The notes under the pieces were generated by a model. That model saw only the letters and a list, made by a program, of their open reading frames with translations, was not told where the DNA came from and ran no database searches. A program made the translations under genes and the position numbers. Positions 36,759 through 49,359 of a stretch of DNA of 64,000 nt are shown here, one piece after another. This stretch comes from Eledone cirrhosa. Taxonomy: Eukaryota. Within the stretch, counting starts at the first letter, position 1. Each line of letters starts with the position of its first letter. The stretch spans positions 29,822,001-29,886,000 of the forward strand of contig OZ024753.1 of assembly GCA_964016885.1 (NCBI GenBank), in the 5' to 3' direction.

Positions 36759-37617
36759 TGGGATGCTGGCACTTGACTTCCAGATATTTTTCAGTTTCCA
36801 AAAAGCTATCCATGCTTTTGACCTTCTAGATTTGAAATCTTTCATGGTATTATCATTGACAAAAGGGCTTCTTCATTTTAAGGAAAAGAAAAGCAACAAA
36901 ATAAAGCCCTATTTTTATACCATATGACCTGTTACATAGATGGTAGAAAACTAACAAATATTCTTGTGAATAAGATAAAATTGAAACCAAATAACCCACC
37001 TTAGTTGAGCTCGACAGCGTTAATAATGATGAGTTTACTATAGATAATCAATTTATTTTTATAATTTTGGCCAAAAGTCTCCATTTAACTCTAGTTTGAG
37101 TTCAATGCTATTATAGGACTTTGTTTATTATTATTATTTTTTCTTGTAAGGAATCGCATGTTTTGATTGGTTGTTGGTTGTCATGTGAGTTGTAAACCTT
37201 TGTTTGACATATAACTGCTTGCCAGAGGGCTTAGTTGGCATTCATTTATGCTTGATTGTTCATCTACCATGTGGCTTCATGGTGCATTAATATGCCTTTC
37301 AGCTATTTTCTCTGGAAGTCTGGTTTCTTATTGTGTTAGAAAAAAGGATCATAGCTACACTGTAAGAAATACAATATGGTGATGTAGATTACTCATACAA
37401 ATTCAGCTTTGTTGTGGTAAATTTGATCTTCAAGTTGACCACAATAGTTGCTGAAACGTGGATGAGGTAGTTACTAAAGGTTGTCTAGTTAATACCTATG
37501 AAAAGACAATATTCTTTCACTGTCACAAAAGTAAATTGTGGAACATTTAGTTCGCTTTGGTATTTCTCTTTGTAAAATATAACTACTTAGAAGAATGGAC
37601 TTCTGTGTCAGTTTAGG

Positions 37618-37920
37618 CTTCTTCTTTTCTTCATCCATTTATTCCTGAGAGGGTCGTGAGGGCAGAGTCCTCAAACAGTCCTGCCAGCGGGTCCTGTCAG
37701 AAGCAACCATCTCCAACTGATCCGGCTGGATCCCCAAGTGAGACCATCTTGCTCGGGGTCTACCTCCGGGTTTCCTGCTAGTTGGTTTTGTCTGTAAAAT
37801 TTGTCCAGCAATTTTTTCCTGAGACATTCTAACCACATGCTCATAGTATCGAAGCTGCGATTTCTCAATTCAGAGAAGTAGCGGCTCTACCTGGAGTGAC
37901 TCTCCGATCTCCAAGTTATG
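37618..37920 (-). mobile_element. RTE LINE 3' fragment, (GAA)-tailed family
   Basis: IEKSQLRYYEHVVRMSQEK...RKPGGRPRARW...ASDRTRWQDCL, a stop, then a GAAGAAAAGAAGAAG tail. Confidence 0.8.
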
Positions 37921-39149
37921 TAATTTTTAGTAATTTAAAACATTTTTTTATTTAATTCCCTAATCGTGAAATTTAATTAAATGCAGGGGTCAATATAAAT
38001 GTCTAGCCTTGTGCTTATAGAAAAATTAACAACAACAATATCAATAATAATTGTTTCTACTTTAGGCACAAGGCCAGCAATTACCCAGTACATTACTGGT
38101 ACTTTATTTTATCGATCCCGTAAGGATGAAAGGCAAAGTTAACCTCAGCGGGATTTGAACTCAAACCGTAAAGGGACGTAACTATGCTAGAAAGCATGGC
38201 GTCCAACCCTCTACCGATACTGCCAATTCACCATTAATAATAATGATTTGTTTTGACTTTGTGCAAGACCTGCCTGTCGTTTTAGATGTGGAATATGATT
38301 AAATACCCCTAGTATAATATTGGTACTTAGTTGATCAATCCTCTTATCACACATGCAATACATCTTTTTTATCGTCACTCAGTTTCTTCAACACACATTC
38401 ACTGATCTGCGTACATTGCTAGCAAGAGTTGAACAAACCATCACAGACCACATCACTGCTCATGTGGGACTATGGCCCTCTCAGATGGGTCAAGGGCTTC
38501 CATCTCACTTACAAAATGTTTCCACACACTACTGGGTGCATTATTTTATCATTGCACCAGCACTAGGGAGATTGTCATGTCTTTGATACAGTCAAGAGTC
38601 CTCTCAACTCTTTGATCGGCAATGTTTCTACACCTGGATGCCCTTCTTATGACCAACCATTTTACAAAGTGCCACAAATAGGTGTAAAAGATATATTTCT
38701 GCTATGATTGTGTTAACCCTGTGTAGTTCTTATAGGCACACCATTTACTGTTTTCATAACAGCTGCTTTTTTTTCTTTTTGTAACACGAATCATCATTAA
38801 TTATTATTTAATTTAGCTTGTTTTCCTCTGCTAACACAAGTAAGTCAAATCTGATTTGCCACTACTGTTACCATAGAAGCATGAATGTCTGGTTAGAAAT
38901 TAAGTCAGATTTTATCTTGCTATATAATACAACCAGGCCATGACTCTAGATTTGGTGAAGCTACTGGAAGCTATTTTTTTGTTAGTTTCAGTACTTATTC
39001 ATGTTGGGACGTCATTCTTCTAGGCTGTAGTTTATTATTTTATCAACTAGTACCTGTTTTATCAACCTTGGGTAAATGAAAGGCAAAGTGAACCTGGGTG
39101 GGATTTGAACTCAAAATGTAAAGGGACTTAACTGAATATCACATATGCT

Positions 39150-39328
39150 TTAACCCTTTACCATTTACATTACTCTATGTATAATATCAAATCTATGGGA
39201 TTTGATATTATTTATTTTGAGAACAATACCTTAACATTAGTATGAGCAGCAGGTAACAGCCGGTTTGAACAGAAAGAGATGAGAGAATTTTGGCCAGATA
39301 CGGCCGCTTTAAATGCTAAAGGGGTAAG
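39150..39328 (-). mobile_element. TTAA MITE family 1
   Basis: TIRs and internal consensus; inverted relative to the 39520 copy. Confidence 0.85.
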
Positions 39329-39519
39329 GATGTTGCCATCCACCTGCTAGAGAGTTTGAGAGTAGTTTTTTTCTGTATGTTATGAATTTCACCATAGGAT
39401 AATAGTTCCCATGGCAATATCACATGAGATTCTTGTGAAGCAAAACCTGTGTAATTAGAAATTGCTATATGTAGCTAGTTGCCTTTCCAAATAGCAGCTA
39501 GTTATTTGGAACAACTTGT

Positions 39520-39748
39520 TTAACCTTCTAGCATTTAAACCGGCCATATCCGGCCATAATTCTCTCACCTCTTTCTGTTCAAACCGGCTGTAATCAGTCA
39601 CTCATACTAATGTTAAGGTATTGTTCTCAAAATAAATAATATCAAAATCTCATAGATTCAATATTTTGTAAAATAATTATGTGAATTAAAGCCTTTACTG
39701 TGAAAATACAATAGTAAATATAGAGTAATGTAAATGCTAAAGGGTTAA
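39520..39748 (+). mobile_element. TTAA MITE family 1
   Basis: TIRs and internal consensus. Confidence 0.9.
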
Positions 39749-40111
39749 AGCTGGTTCTGAAAAAAATTTTTTATTGTTTACAAAAGTTATAGTTAGGAAA
39801 GGCAGGGACTACTGACATTAAAATTATGAGTTATGAGTTCAAAATGTAATTCATTGATTTGGGAATATTTTTTCAGTTGTCCACTTTTCACTTCATTAAC
39901 TCTTATTGTCTATCAATCACACAATGAACGGTGAAGTGGAATGGCTGAACTACTGACCACATGTTTGTGAATTCATACATTATTACAACCATTGTCCTGT
40001 GCCCTTAATCAAAGTAAATCAACTCTACTTGTCCTAGTCTACATAATTGCAGGATAGGTACCAATGCTATTTTCTTCTTAGAATTGTTAGCAGTATGAAA
40101 GGCATCCTGTT

Positions 40112-40382
40112 CATCATCATCATCATCATCATCATTTTACATCCACTTTTCTCTGCTTGCAAGGGTGGGACGGGTCCTCTTCAGCACAGCATCTCTCCAT
40201 TCGCTGTGGTCCTATGTCATCTTCTTTGTGAGCTTCAGCAATCTGAGGTCAGCTCTCACCACTTCTGCTCATGTTTTCCGTGCTCTTCCTCAACTGCGTT
40301 CTCCTTCCGCTGGGATTACTTGGCACTTCTTCACTCAGCGATCATCATCCATGTGCATCGCGTGGCTTTACCAGTGTAGTTT
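40112..40382 (-). mobile_element. RTE LINE 3' end, short-UTR family
   Basis: VKKCQVIPAEGERS*GRARKT*AEVVRADL...EWRDAVLKRTRPTLAS runs directly into CCCGTCCCACCCTTGCAAGCAG...TAAAATGATGATG. Confidence 0.85.
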
Positions 40383-40779
40383 TACAACCTGTTGTAAAAC
40401 TATATGCTCGAAAAGTATGCAAATATCTAGATTTGTAAAAGTCATCCTTGAAACATTGGTGAAATTGAGTAGCTCTTTCATAAGTATTTTATTTAATGAT
40501 GGTGTATGAGTGGTCAGTTATGGCTGGTTTAAGCAGAAAGAGGTGAGAGAATCCTGACTGGATATGGCTGGTTTAAATGCTAAAGGGTTGAACTATTTAT
40601 GGTGCTAAAAGTATCAGTTGAAACTGAAGAAAAGTTTTACTAACATTACAGAACCATTAGTAGATAGCAATGTTTTCAGTATCTCTGATCAGTTGAGTCT
40701 GAAATGATGTATGACAGTTGTTTACATGTTCAGTAGCATAGGTGTGTCATACTTTTGTCTGTTCTAGAACTACACCTCA

Positions 40780-41560
40780 CACTTCATAGTGCAAAGATCA
40801 ATGATGTTTTTTTTTTTATCATTATTCAATTGGAGGAGTGTTGTTGTTCTTGACCTATTGGTGTGATCAATGAAGTTAATGTTCAATTTGAAGATACATA
40901 GTTTGATGATGTCTCTAGTTGTGGAGGGTGGGCGATCAACAGAAAATTGTGGTTCTGGGTAGGAAGGATTAAGAAAGGTCTCGAATGTAGATATGTTGAT
41001 GTGTGAATCTATGTGGGCACCCCGTGATTGCTGTGGTAGTTAAGCTTCATGTATTATAATGGTTAACTTGCAAGAAAACCTCACAGTTGCTAATATTGGA
41101 TGATTCCCAGGTATTGTGGGCAGTGTTATTTGCCTGAGCAGCTGTGTGTGAACCAGTTTGTGGTGGGTGTGGAGATTATGTAGGAAATGTGGTGAGACAC
41201 ACATAGGAGGATGGTATATATCATCCAATAAGCTGTTTTAGATGGGTTGGAGGTGAAGCACATTTGCTGCAATGAGAAGTCAGTGTAGAATTGGCATAGA
41301 TCCAACCAGTTGGCTGACTTTAATTACCAGAGAGTTCAGTAGATAGGGATGTTTATGCAGAATAACGTGGAGTGAGACATTTTGATTAAGCAGTGATCAG
41401 ACAAACTTGATGTTGGCAAGGAAAATAGCTTTATAGTAAGGGAAAGATTGGGTTTTGGGGTAAGGAAAAGATCAAGAAGGTTTGGGTATTTGGTGTGACA
41501 GTCAGGGATGTAGGTAGTAGGTAGGTGAGGAAACTAGTGACGAATCAGGGTGTCTGTTTT
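40780..41560 (-). pseudogene. Very decayed retroelement coding remnants
   Basis: NLLDLFLT...DHCLI (APE endonuclease C-terminus) at about 41390-41500, and Penelope-like relics (FETFLNPSYPEPQFSV) at about 40900-41280. Confidence 0.35.
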
Positions 41561-43068
41561 GATGTTCTGTCTTTTGGTGTAGTTATATTGATGATTTGTA
41601 TGTGATGTTTATGTTTGCTTAACTTTTAACATCCTGTACTGCATGAAACCACATTAGCAAAACATTCTTGAAAAGTACAAGCAGCGCTATGACTGTATCA
41701 CATTAAAAATTCAAGTCTTTACTTTAGTTTACTGCAAATTTATACCATGGTTTGTCCATAAGTAAAGATACTATAAACATTTGACTTAAACTCATTTTTA
41801 GTTATTTTCTACTAAATCTTTATAAGTTGTTTAGTTAAATCAAATAGTAAAGATAATAATTTTAGGGTGTTGTTGAAGTTTCTAATGTTTGTGTTAGAAA
41901 TGTCTCTGCTCAACGACCTATGATCAAAAGTATTCTATATAACGTCTTTTATTATTATTTTTTTTCCCCAGGAATAGTGTACCTTAGACTACAATATTCA
42001 ATGTGATTTTTTTAAAGATGATAGGTGTGGTCTGAATGAGGTTTGACTACTATTTTTGTTCATGCAATCATGAAGTCTCTCCCCTGTTGGTTCATTGGTT
42101 TGATGTGTATATGCAGACTATATCACAAATGATATTTCTATTTCTCATATATTTCATATTGTAAGTGTTCTATGAAGCATATGAACACGTGTGCGTACCC
42201 ATGCATGCATAATTACATACAGCCTGTCACTATGAAAAGTTTTTAAAATATTTTTGTAGTATATTGTTGGTTAGGTTATGAGAGTGAAGTTTGGTGTCAA
42301 ACAAGTAGTGCAGTCTATAGTATGTCTCTTCTACTTAGTTTGTTGAAGATTTAAAAAAAACATTTTCCTTATTTTATCTTAGAGGTTAGTAGCTCTGCTT
42401 GAGTACTGACTTGGTTTGTGATGATGATAGTGGTGGTTTATGTACAGCCAGTGATGTGGAATGTATTGTTTTGTACTTTTTGTTGTTAGTTAGGTTTGTA
42501 TGGAGAAATTTGAGTCTTAGGCATACATACATTCACACACACACACACATTGTGTGACAGACAGATGGACGGAAGTCACTCAAATTTATATATAGACGAT
42601 AGTTAGTATTCATAAGAGATTGGTAGTTAACTACCTAATGTTTAGTGTTATTTAGGGAACTCTTCAGTATTATTTTTATGAGTTACAGAAGGGCATTGAA
42701 TTAAAGTCTCTCTCTCTCTCTCTGTTCATATTTATAGTGGTTGTGATGATGATGCATGATGATGACATTTATTGTTGAAGCCATCAAATATATTTGTTGT
42801 CAGTGTTGTGTGCTGGTTGAGTGTAAATCTCTGGTAATTGTTTTGGGTATCAAAGAGAGAGATAGAGAAAGATATATGGTTTCAGTAGTTTAATATCGCC
42901 CCTTCCATACATTTGTGTGCGCAGGGAGAACTGGTCTGTAGAATTCCTGTGCTTCAGTAGGATTTTTATTTCAAATGTGAATTCTCTTTTTATTTATTTA
43001 TTCATTATTATTATTATTATTATTTAAAAAAAAGTAGAAACAATTATTATTATTATTGTTTCCTTAAT

Positions 43069-43402
43069 GAAGGCACATGGCTTAGTGGTTAGAGCCTTGC
43101 AATCGAAAGGTTGTGAGTTCAATTCTCAGACCAAGTGATGTGTTGTTTCCTTGAGCAAGACACTTTATTTCACATTGCTCCAGTTTACTCAGCTGTAGAA
43201 ATGAGATGATAGGGACTGGGGTCCATATCATTCCACTGCAAAGTGGAAGTGTAGATGCCTCGGCAAAAAAGCACCCAGCACTCACTGTAAATGAGGTTGG
43301 TGCTAGGAAGGGCATCCAGCTGTAGAAATCAAGCCAGAATCAGTTCCCGTCCCACCCTTGCAAGCAGGGAAAAGCGGACGTAAAATGATGATGATGATGA
43401 TG
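43069..43402 (+). mobile_element. SINE family A
   Basis: Matches the 35600 copy with a small deletion in the head. Confidence 0.9.
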
Positions 43403-43443
43403 AATGTGAGCCCTGTGTGGCTAATAAAGAAATTATTATTATT

Positions 43444-44362
43444 AGGGTGGTGGATTGGCACTATTGGTAGTGCGCCGGACACCATGCTTCACAGCATAGT
43501 TATGGCCCTTTAAGTTCTGAGTTCAAATCCCACTGAGGTTAACTTTGCCTTACGGGATCGATAAAATAAAGTACCAGTAATGCACTGGGATAATTGCTGG
43601 CCTTGTGCCAAAAGTAGAAATGATTATTATTATTATTTTTAAAAAGTAGAAACAATTATTATTATTATTATAAATAAAGGGCGGTGGATTGGCAGTATCG
43701 GTAGAGGGTCGGACGCCATGCTTTCCAGCATAGTTACGTCCCTTTACGATCTGAGTTCAAATCCCGCCGAGGTTGACTTTGCCTTTCATCCTTACGGGGT
43801 AGATAAAATAAAGTACCAGTAATGCACTGGGTAATTGCTGGCATTGTGCCTAAAGTAGAAACAATTATTATTATTATTATAAATAAAGGGCGGTGGATTG
43901 GCAGTATCGGTAGAGGGTCGAACGCCATGCTTTGCAGCAAAGAGTTACGGCCCTTTATGGTCTGAGTTGAAATCCCATCGAGGTTAACTTTGCCTTTCAT
44001 CCTTATGGGGTCAATAAAGTAAAGTACCAGTAATACACTGAGTAATTGCTGGCCTTGTGCCAAAAGTAGAAAAAATGATTATTATAAATATTATTTTACC
44101 CCCCCCCCCCCAACACACACACTCTATCGTCCTGTCCTGTCTTGTCTTTAATGTTTCCTTAGTGTGAGCCCCGTGTGGCTAATAAAGTTATGGCCCTTTA
44201 CGTTCTGAGTTCAAATCCTGCCGAGGTTAGCTTTGCCTTTCAACCTTACGAGATCGATAATTGAAGCATCAATAATGCATTGGGGTCGATTTAATTGACT
44301 TTCCCCTCCCCTTCAAATTGCTGGCCTTGTGCCTAAAGTAGAAACTATTATTATCATTATTA
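43444..44362 (+). mobile_element. Head-to-tail cluster of four SINE-B copies
   Basis: Copies at about 43444-43636, 43679-43880, 43888-44085 and 44188-44362, separated by (ATT)n. Confidence 0.9.
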
Positions 44363-45035
44363 TTTAAAATTAATCTAAGTATTTTTTTTTACTTTTAGGA
44401 ATTTTGTAGCATAGTTTATTGTTGGCGGCATTGATATCGGTATTGATAAAGTATAAATTGTGGTAGTGGTAGTAGTAGTAGTAGTGGTAGAGTTGTACTA
44501 ATGATGGTAGTGTCAGTGTGATTTCTCTTTGTAGTGCTTAGTACCTTTCATATAGTGGCAGTAGCTGACAGACCAGATGCACTGAAATTATCAGATACAA
44601 ATCTGCACCAGGCCACCTTACATACATGTAATCTTACATCTTATCATTTCACATGCAAATTTCAATATGTAAATTAATTTATATGTATATTAGCAACGAT
44701 GTGTATGTATATTTATATACATCTCTATATTAGTGTCTATATATTTATATATTCAGGCATATATATACATACAGACACCTACACGGATATATGTGTGTGT
44801 GTGTACTATATACATGTGACTATACCACATTTCTTTAGTTCACCATTAGTTGTTTTTTGTTTTTTTTGTTGATTCTAAATCCACTTTTTAAAATGTAACA
44901 AAAAATAAGTTACAAAAGCTGGAGTATACGCTATTATCGATGTGATAAAACCATTTTTCAATAGGGCATATCTGAGAGATTTGCTTTCTATTTCTCTCTA
45001 TATATGTACATATACATATAAGTATGATACTCACA

Positions 45036-45074
<39 letters not shown>

Positions 45075-45831
45075 ATATGATCATACATGTATGTATGAGT
45101 ATTTGTGTATATATATATATGTGTTTATGTCTGTACATACATACACACATACACGTGTGTGTGTGCTTGCAAGTATTTATAAGTATTTGTGTGTATATGA
45201 GTATGTATATGTGTTTATGTCTGTACACATACACACCCGTGTGTATGTGCATGCATGTATGTATTTATGAATGTGTGTGTATATGAGTATGTATATGTGT
45301 TTATGTCTGTACACACATAACATACAGGAAAACAAAATGGTGTTAATGATCTAGCCAATAACTGTTTATAATTTAGGCACAAGGCCAGCAATCTTGGGTG
45401 AGGGAGGAAAGTCAATTAATTCGACCCCAGTACTTGACTGGTACTTGATTTTATCAACCTCTGAATGATGAAAGGCAAAGTTGACCTCAGCAGGATTTGA
45501 ACTCAGAACATAAAGGGTTGTATCAAATACCACTAAACTTTTGGTTCGATGCTCTAATGATTCAGTCTCTACAAAACCTATTCCTGTGGGTTAACAATAC
45601 CCAAATATATGTGAAGCCCTTTTGATTATAGACTATTTCTCAGCCAGTTGTTCAGGTTTCATTCATTAGCTCTTTCGTTAACATATTTTTAATGAAAGAC
45701 ACTGTCTATTGTTTCCAAATAATTTTGAGGGATATAGTAATATAACTAACCTTCTCATTTAGAACATAACTTAACAAAGGTTTTTATGTAAAATTATGGA
45801 AGGTTTTTTTTTGTAGATAAATATAAATACT

Positions 45832-46049
45832 TTAACCCTTTAATGTTCAAACCGGCCAGAATTCTCTACCTCTTTCTGTTGAAACTGGCTGTAACTGGTT
45901 GCTCAAACTGATGTTAAGGTATTGTTCTCAAAATAAATACTTTCAAAATCTCATAGATTCGATATTATGTGAGATAATTATGTGAGATAAAGCATTTACT
46001 ATGAAAATATAATAGTATATATAGAGTAATGTGAATGCTAAAGGGTTAA
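45832..46049 (+). mobile_element. TTAA MITE family 1
   Basis: TIRs and internal consensus. Confidence 0.88.
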
Positions 46050-46837
46050 ATCATAAAGGAATTTGGAGATTTCAATTTCAAATGCTCTTTACAACACTTC
46101 CTAATTGTGCTGTTGAATATAAGTGGCAGATGTCACAACCCAGGGAAATAATTGTTTCTTCAGTTGGTACAAGGCCAGCAATTTGAAGAAAATCGATGAA
46201 ATCGACCTTATAGTGTGTAACTGCTTCTTTAGTTTGTCAACGTTTATCAACCCTGTGATGATGAAAGGCACAGCTAACCTCGGTCGGGTTTGAACTCGGA
46301 TCATAAAGGACTGTAACTATATACTGCAAAGCATGTTTATATGATGCTCTACCAAGAAATAATTGTTTCTACTTTAGGCACAAGGCCAGCAAAACACCAG
46401 TGCATTACTGGTACTTTATTTTATCGACCCCATATGGATGAAAGGCAAAGTCAACCGCGGGATTTGAACTCAGACAGTAAAGGGACGTAACTATGCTGGA
46501 AAGCATGGTGTCTGACCCTCTATCTATACAGAAATAATAACTTTGTGGACAAATTCATAGGTGTACTCCATTAGGACATGAGGAGGGAGACAGAGGATAA
46601 ACTACAACAACAACAACAACAGTAACAACAACTCACTGAGTGATGTGATGTGTAATGGATATTCTCTTTAGTTACATTTTCTCTATGTCAGCAAGAGGTC
46701 AGTGGTTATTCTTGGCCACTACAACACCCCTTGTGTCAGATAAGTCAGTGAGGATCAAATGATAGATGTGGTAGCATACTTTATGTATATCACTAAACAT
46801 TTACCCTTCCTCACTTTTATGTGTATGATTCTGAATA

Positions 46838-47123
46838 GGGTGGTTGGATGGAGGGAGGAGTAGGTGGCTGGATGGATGGTTGGATGGAGGGAGGAGTAGG
46901 TGGTTGGATGGAGGGATGAGTAGGTGACTGGATGGAGGGATGAGTAGGTGGCTGGATGGAGGGATGAGTAGGTGGTTGGATGGATGGATGAGTAGGTGGC
47001 TGGATGGAGGGATGAGTAGGTGGCTGGATGGAGGGATGAGTAGGTGGCTGGATGGAGGGATGAGTAGGTGGCTGGATGGAGGGATGAGTAGGTGGCTGGA
47101 TGGGTGGTTGGATGGAGGGATGA
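46838..47123. repeat. 24-bp G-rich minisatellite (about 12 units)
   Basis: Unit GAGTAGGTGGCTGGATGGAGGGAT. Confidence 0.95.
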
Positions 47124-47413
47124 AGTAGTAAGGTAGATGAAAAGTAGAATTAAGGTTAGGATAGGATCAAGATTTATTTCAGTGTTATTTACATAATTAA
47201 TCTTAGATCTCATTTTGAAAAGCAGGACACCTGGACTTAGCAGATGTAGAGCTATGAAGAAACCCAATAAAATATGTTTATTGGTGGGGAGCTCCAGAGG
47301 TGGGGCTGGTGTAGGTGTGGGTGTAGGTCATTAATGTGAAGACCTTTAGGCTTGTTTATTATTTGATGGTGGCCGGATCCAGAAATGTACTATATATATA
47401 TATATATATGAAT

Positions 47414-47743
47414 GGAGGCACATGGCTTAGTGGTTAGAACATTGGCCTTGTAATCGAAAGGTTGTGAGTTCAATTCTCAGTGATGTGTTGTTTCCTTGAG
47501 CAAGACACTTTATTTCACATTGCTCCAGTTTACTCAGCTGTAGAAATGAGATGATAGGGACTGGGGTCCCCTATCATTCCACTGCAAAATGGTCGTGGGG
47601 GTGCCACGGCAAAAAAGCACCCAGCACTCACTGTAAATGAGGTTGGTGTTAGGAAGGGCATCCAGCTGTAGAAATCAAGCCAGAATCAGTTCCTGTCCCA
47701 CCCTTGCAAGCAGGGAAAAGCAGCCGTAAAATGAAGATGATGA
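47414..47743 (+). mobile_element. SINE family A
   Basis: Matches the 35600 copy; inserted in (TA)n. Confidence 0.9.
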
Positions 47744-48429
47744 TTATATATATATATTATACACACATACACACACACATATATATATATATATTACACA
47801 CACGCACACACATTATATATATATATATATATATATATATGATATTTTAACAAACTATGTATTCTTACATTCTATACAGATTGTCTCTTATTAAAGTTTG
47901 ATATGTCTTATACATTTATATCATTGGATATTTATGTGTATATATATGTCATTCACTATTTTATAGATATATATAGATATACACACACGCACACACATAC
48001 ATATATATATATATACACATACAGATATATACATGCATATATTTATATTTATACATATATATATATATGCATGCACATATACACACCTCACTCAATCCTT
48101 ATTGTCTCATACATACATTCATACTCTGAAAGTATGTGTGTGTGTGTGTGTGTGGGGGGGGGATATATAATTCACAGATTAACTGAAGAGATAAAATTTA
48201 AGGCATATCTTAAATACTCTATAGTAAGAGAATGACAGCCATTGATTTTACAGATAAATCAGAAGTGCACTGTAAATCTTAACATAAGATTTACATCCAG
48301 TAGTCCATCATTATGAATAAATATTTCGTAATCCATTGTCTTAATCATTTTTTCAACCTCTCGATCCCTTATATATATATATTTCTTAATTTTGCTTCAA
48401 TTTGGCCTCATAAAGAGGTGTTACAACTA

Positions 48430-48644
48430 GATAGTTTTAACATTTAAACTATCCATGTCCGGTCAGAGTTCTCTCACCTCTTTCTGTTCAAACCAGCCGT
48501 AACTGGCTGCTCATACTTATGTTAAGGTATTGTTCTCAAAATAAATAATATAAAAATCTCATAGATTCGATATTATGTGAGATACAGTGTTTACCATGAA
48601 AATAGAATAGTAAATGTAGAGTAATGTAAATGCTAAAGGGTTAA
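48430..48644 (+). mobile_element. TTAA MITE family 1
   Basis: Right TIR intact, left TIR degenerate. Confidence 0.8.
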
Positions 48645-48842
48645 ACAATTTTTAACTCTTAATCACCTGTACTGCCTGTAACCGCATTAGCAAGACATTC
48701 TTGAAAAGTACAAAACAGTACTCAGATTGCATAACATTAAAAATTAAAGTTTTTACTTTACTTTACTGCAAATTTTTACAATAATCTATCTAAAATAAAG
48801 ATGCTCTAAACAGTTTAGATAGAAAAGCCTGTTTTTAGATAT

Positions 48843-48985
48843 CTTCTTCTCTTTCTCCTCCTTTGCTTACTTATTCCTGAGAGGGTCCTGAGGACAGAGT
48901 CCTCAAACACTCCTTCCAACGGGTCCTGTCAGAAGCAACCATCTCCAACTGTGGATCCCCAAGCGAGACCTGCCAAGCTTATGGA
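48843..48985 (-). mobile_element. 143-bp 5'-truncated RTE insertion with 13-bp TSD
   Basis: Same family as 37618-37920; flanked by TGTTTTTAGATAT at 48830-48842 and 48986-48998. Confidence 0.85.
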
Positions 48986-49359
48986 TGTTTTTAGATATTT
49001 TTTGCTAAACCATTATAGGATATTATCAGTTAATCACTCACTTCTGACATATATATGAAATATCTGTGGGATATTAGAAAAAAGAAAGAAGAAAATGTCT
49101 CTTGTGAAAGGAAGAGACAATGCGTGTAGTCCTTGTGTGGTCAGCCATGAATAAACAGACCTTGGATGAAAGGTTTTCCAGTCAGGATGTCCTGGTTGGC
49201 ATTTGTTCCAACACTTGACACTTTGAGTTCAAATCTTGCATGGGTCAACTTTACCTTTCATTCCTTTGCCATTGATAGAATAAAATACTAGTCAAATGCA
49301 GGGGTCAATATAAATGTCTAGCCTTGTGCTTATAGAAAAATTAACAACAACAATATCAA

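Noticed and set aside
43444-44362. CRISPR-like or satellite array
   Set aside because: The units are ~200-bp dispersed SINE copies with no unique spacers, in eukaryotic DNA without cas genes.
46755-47267. 170-aa ORF with PATYSSLH repeats resembling an RNA polymerase II CTD or extensin
   Set aside because: It arises from a 24-bp minisatellite with little synonymous variation; the flanks are not protein-like and there are no splice signals.
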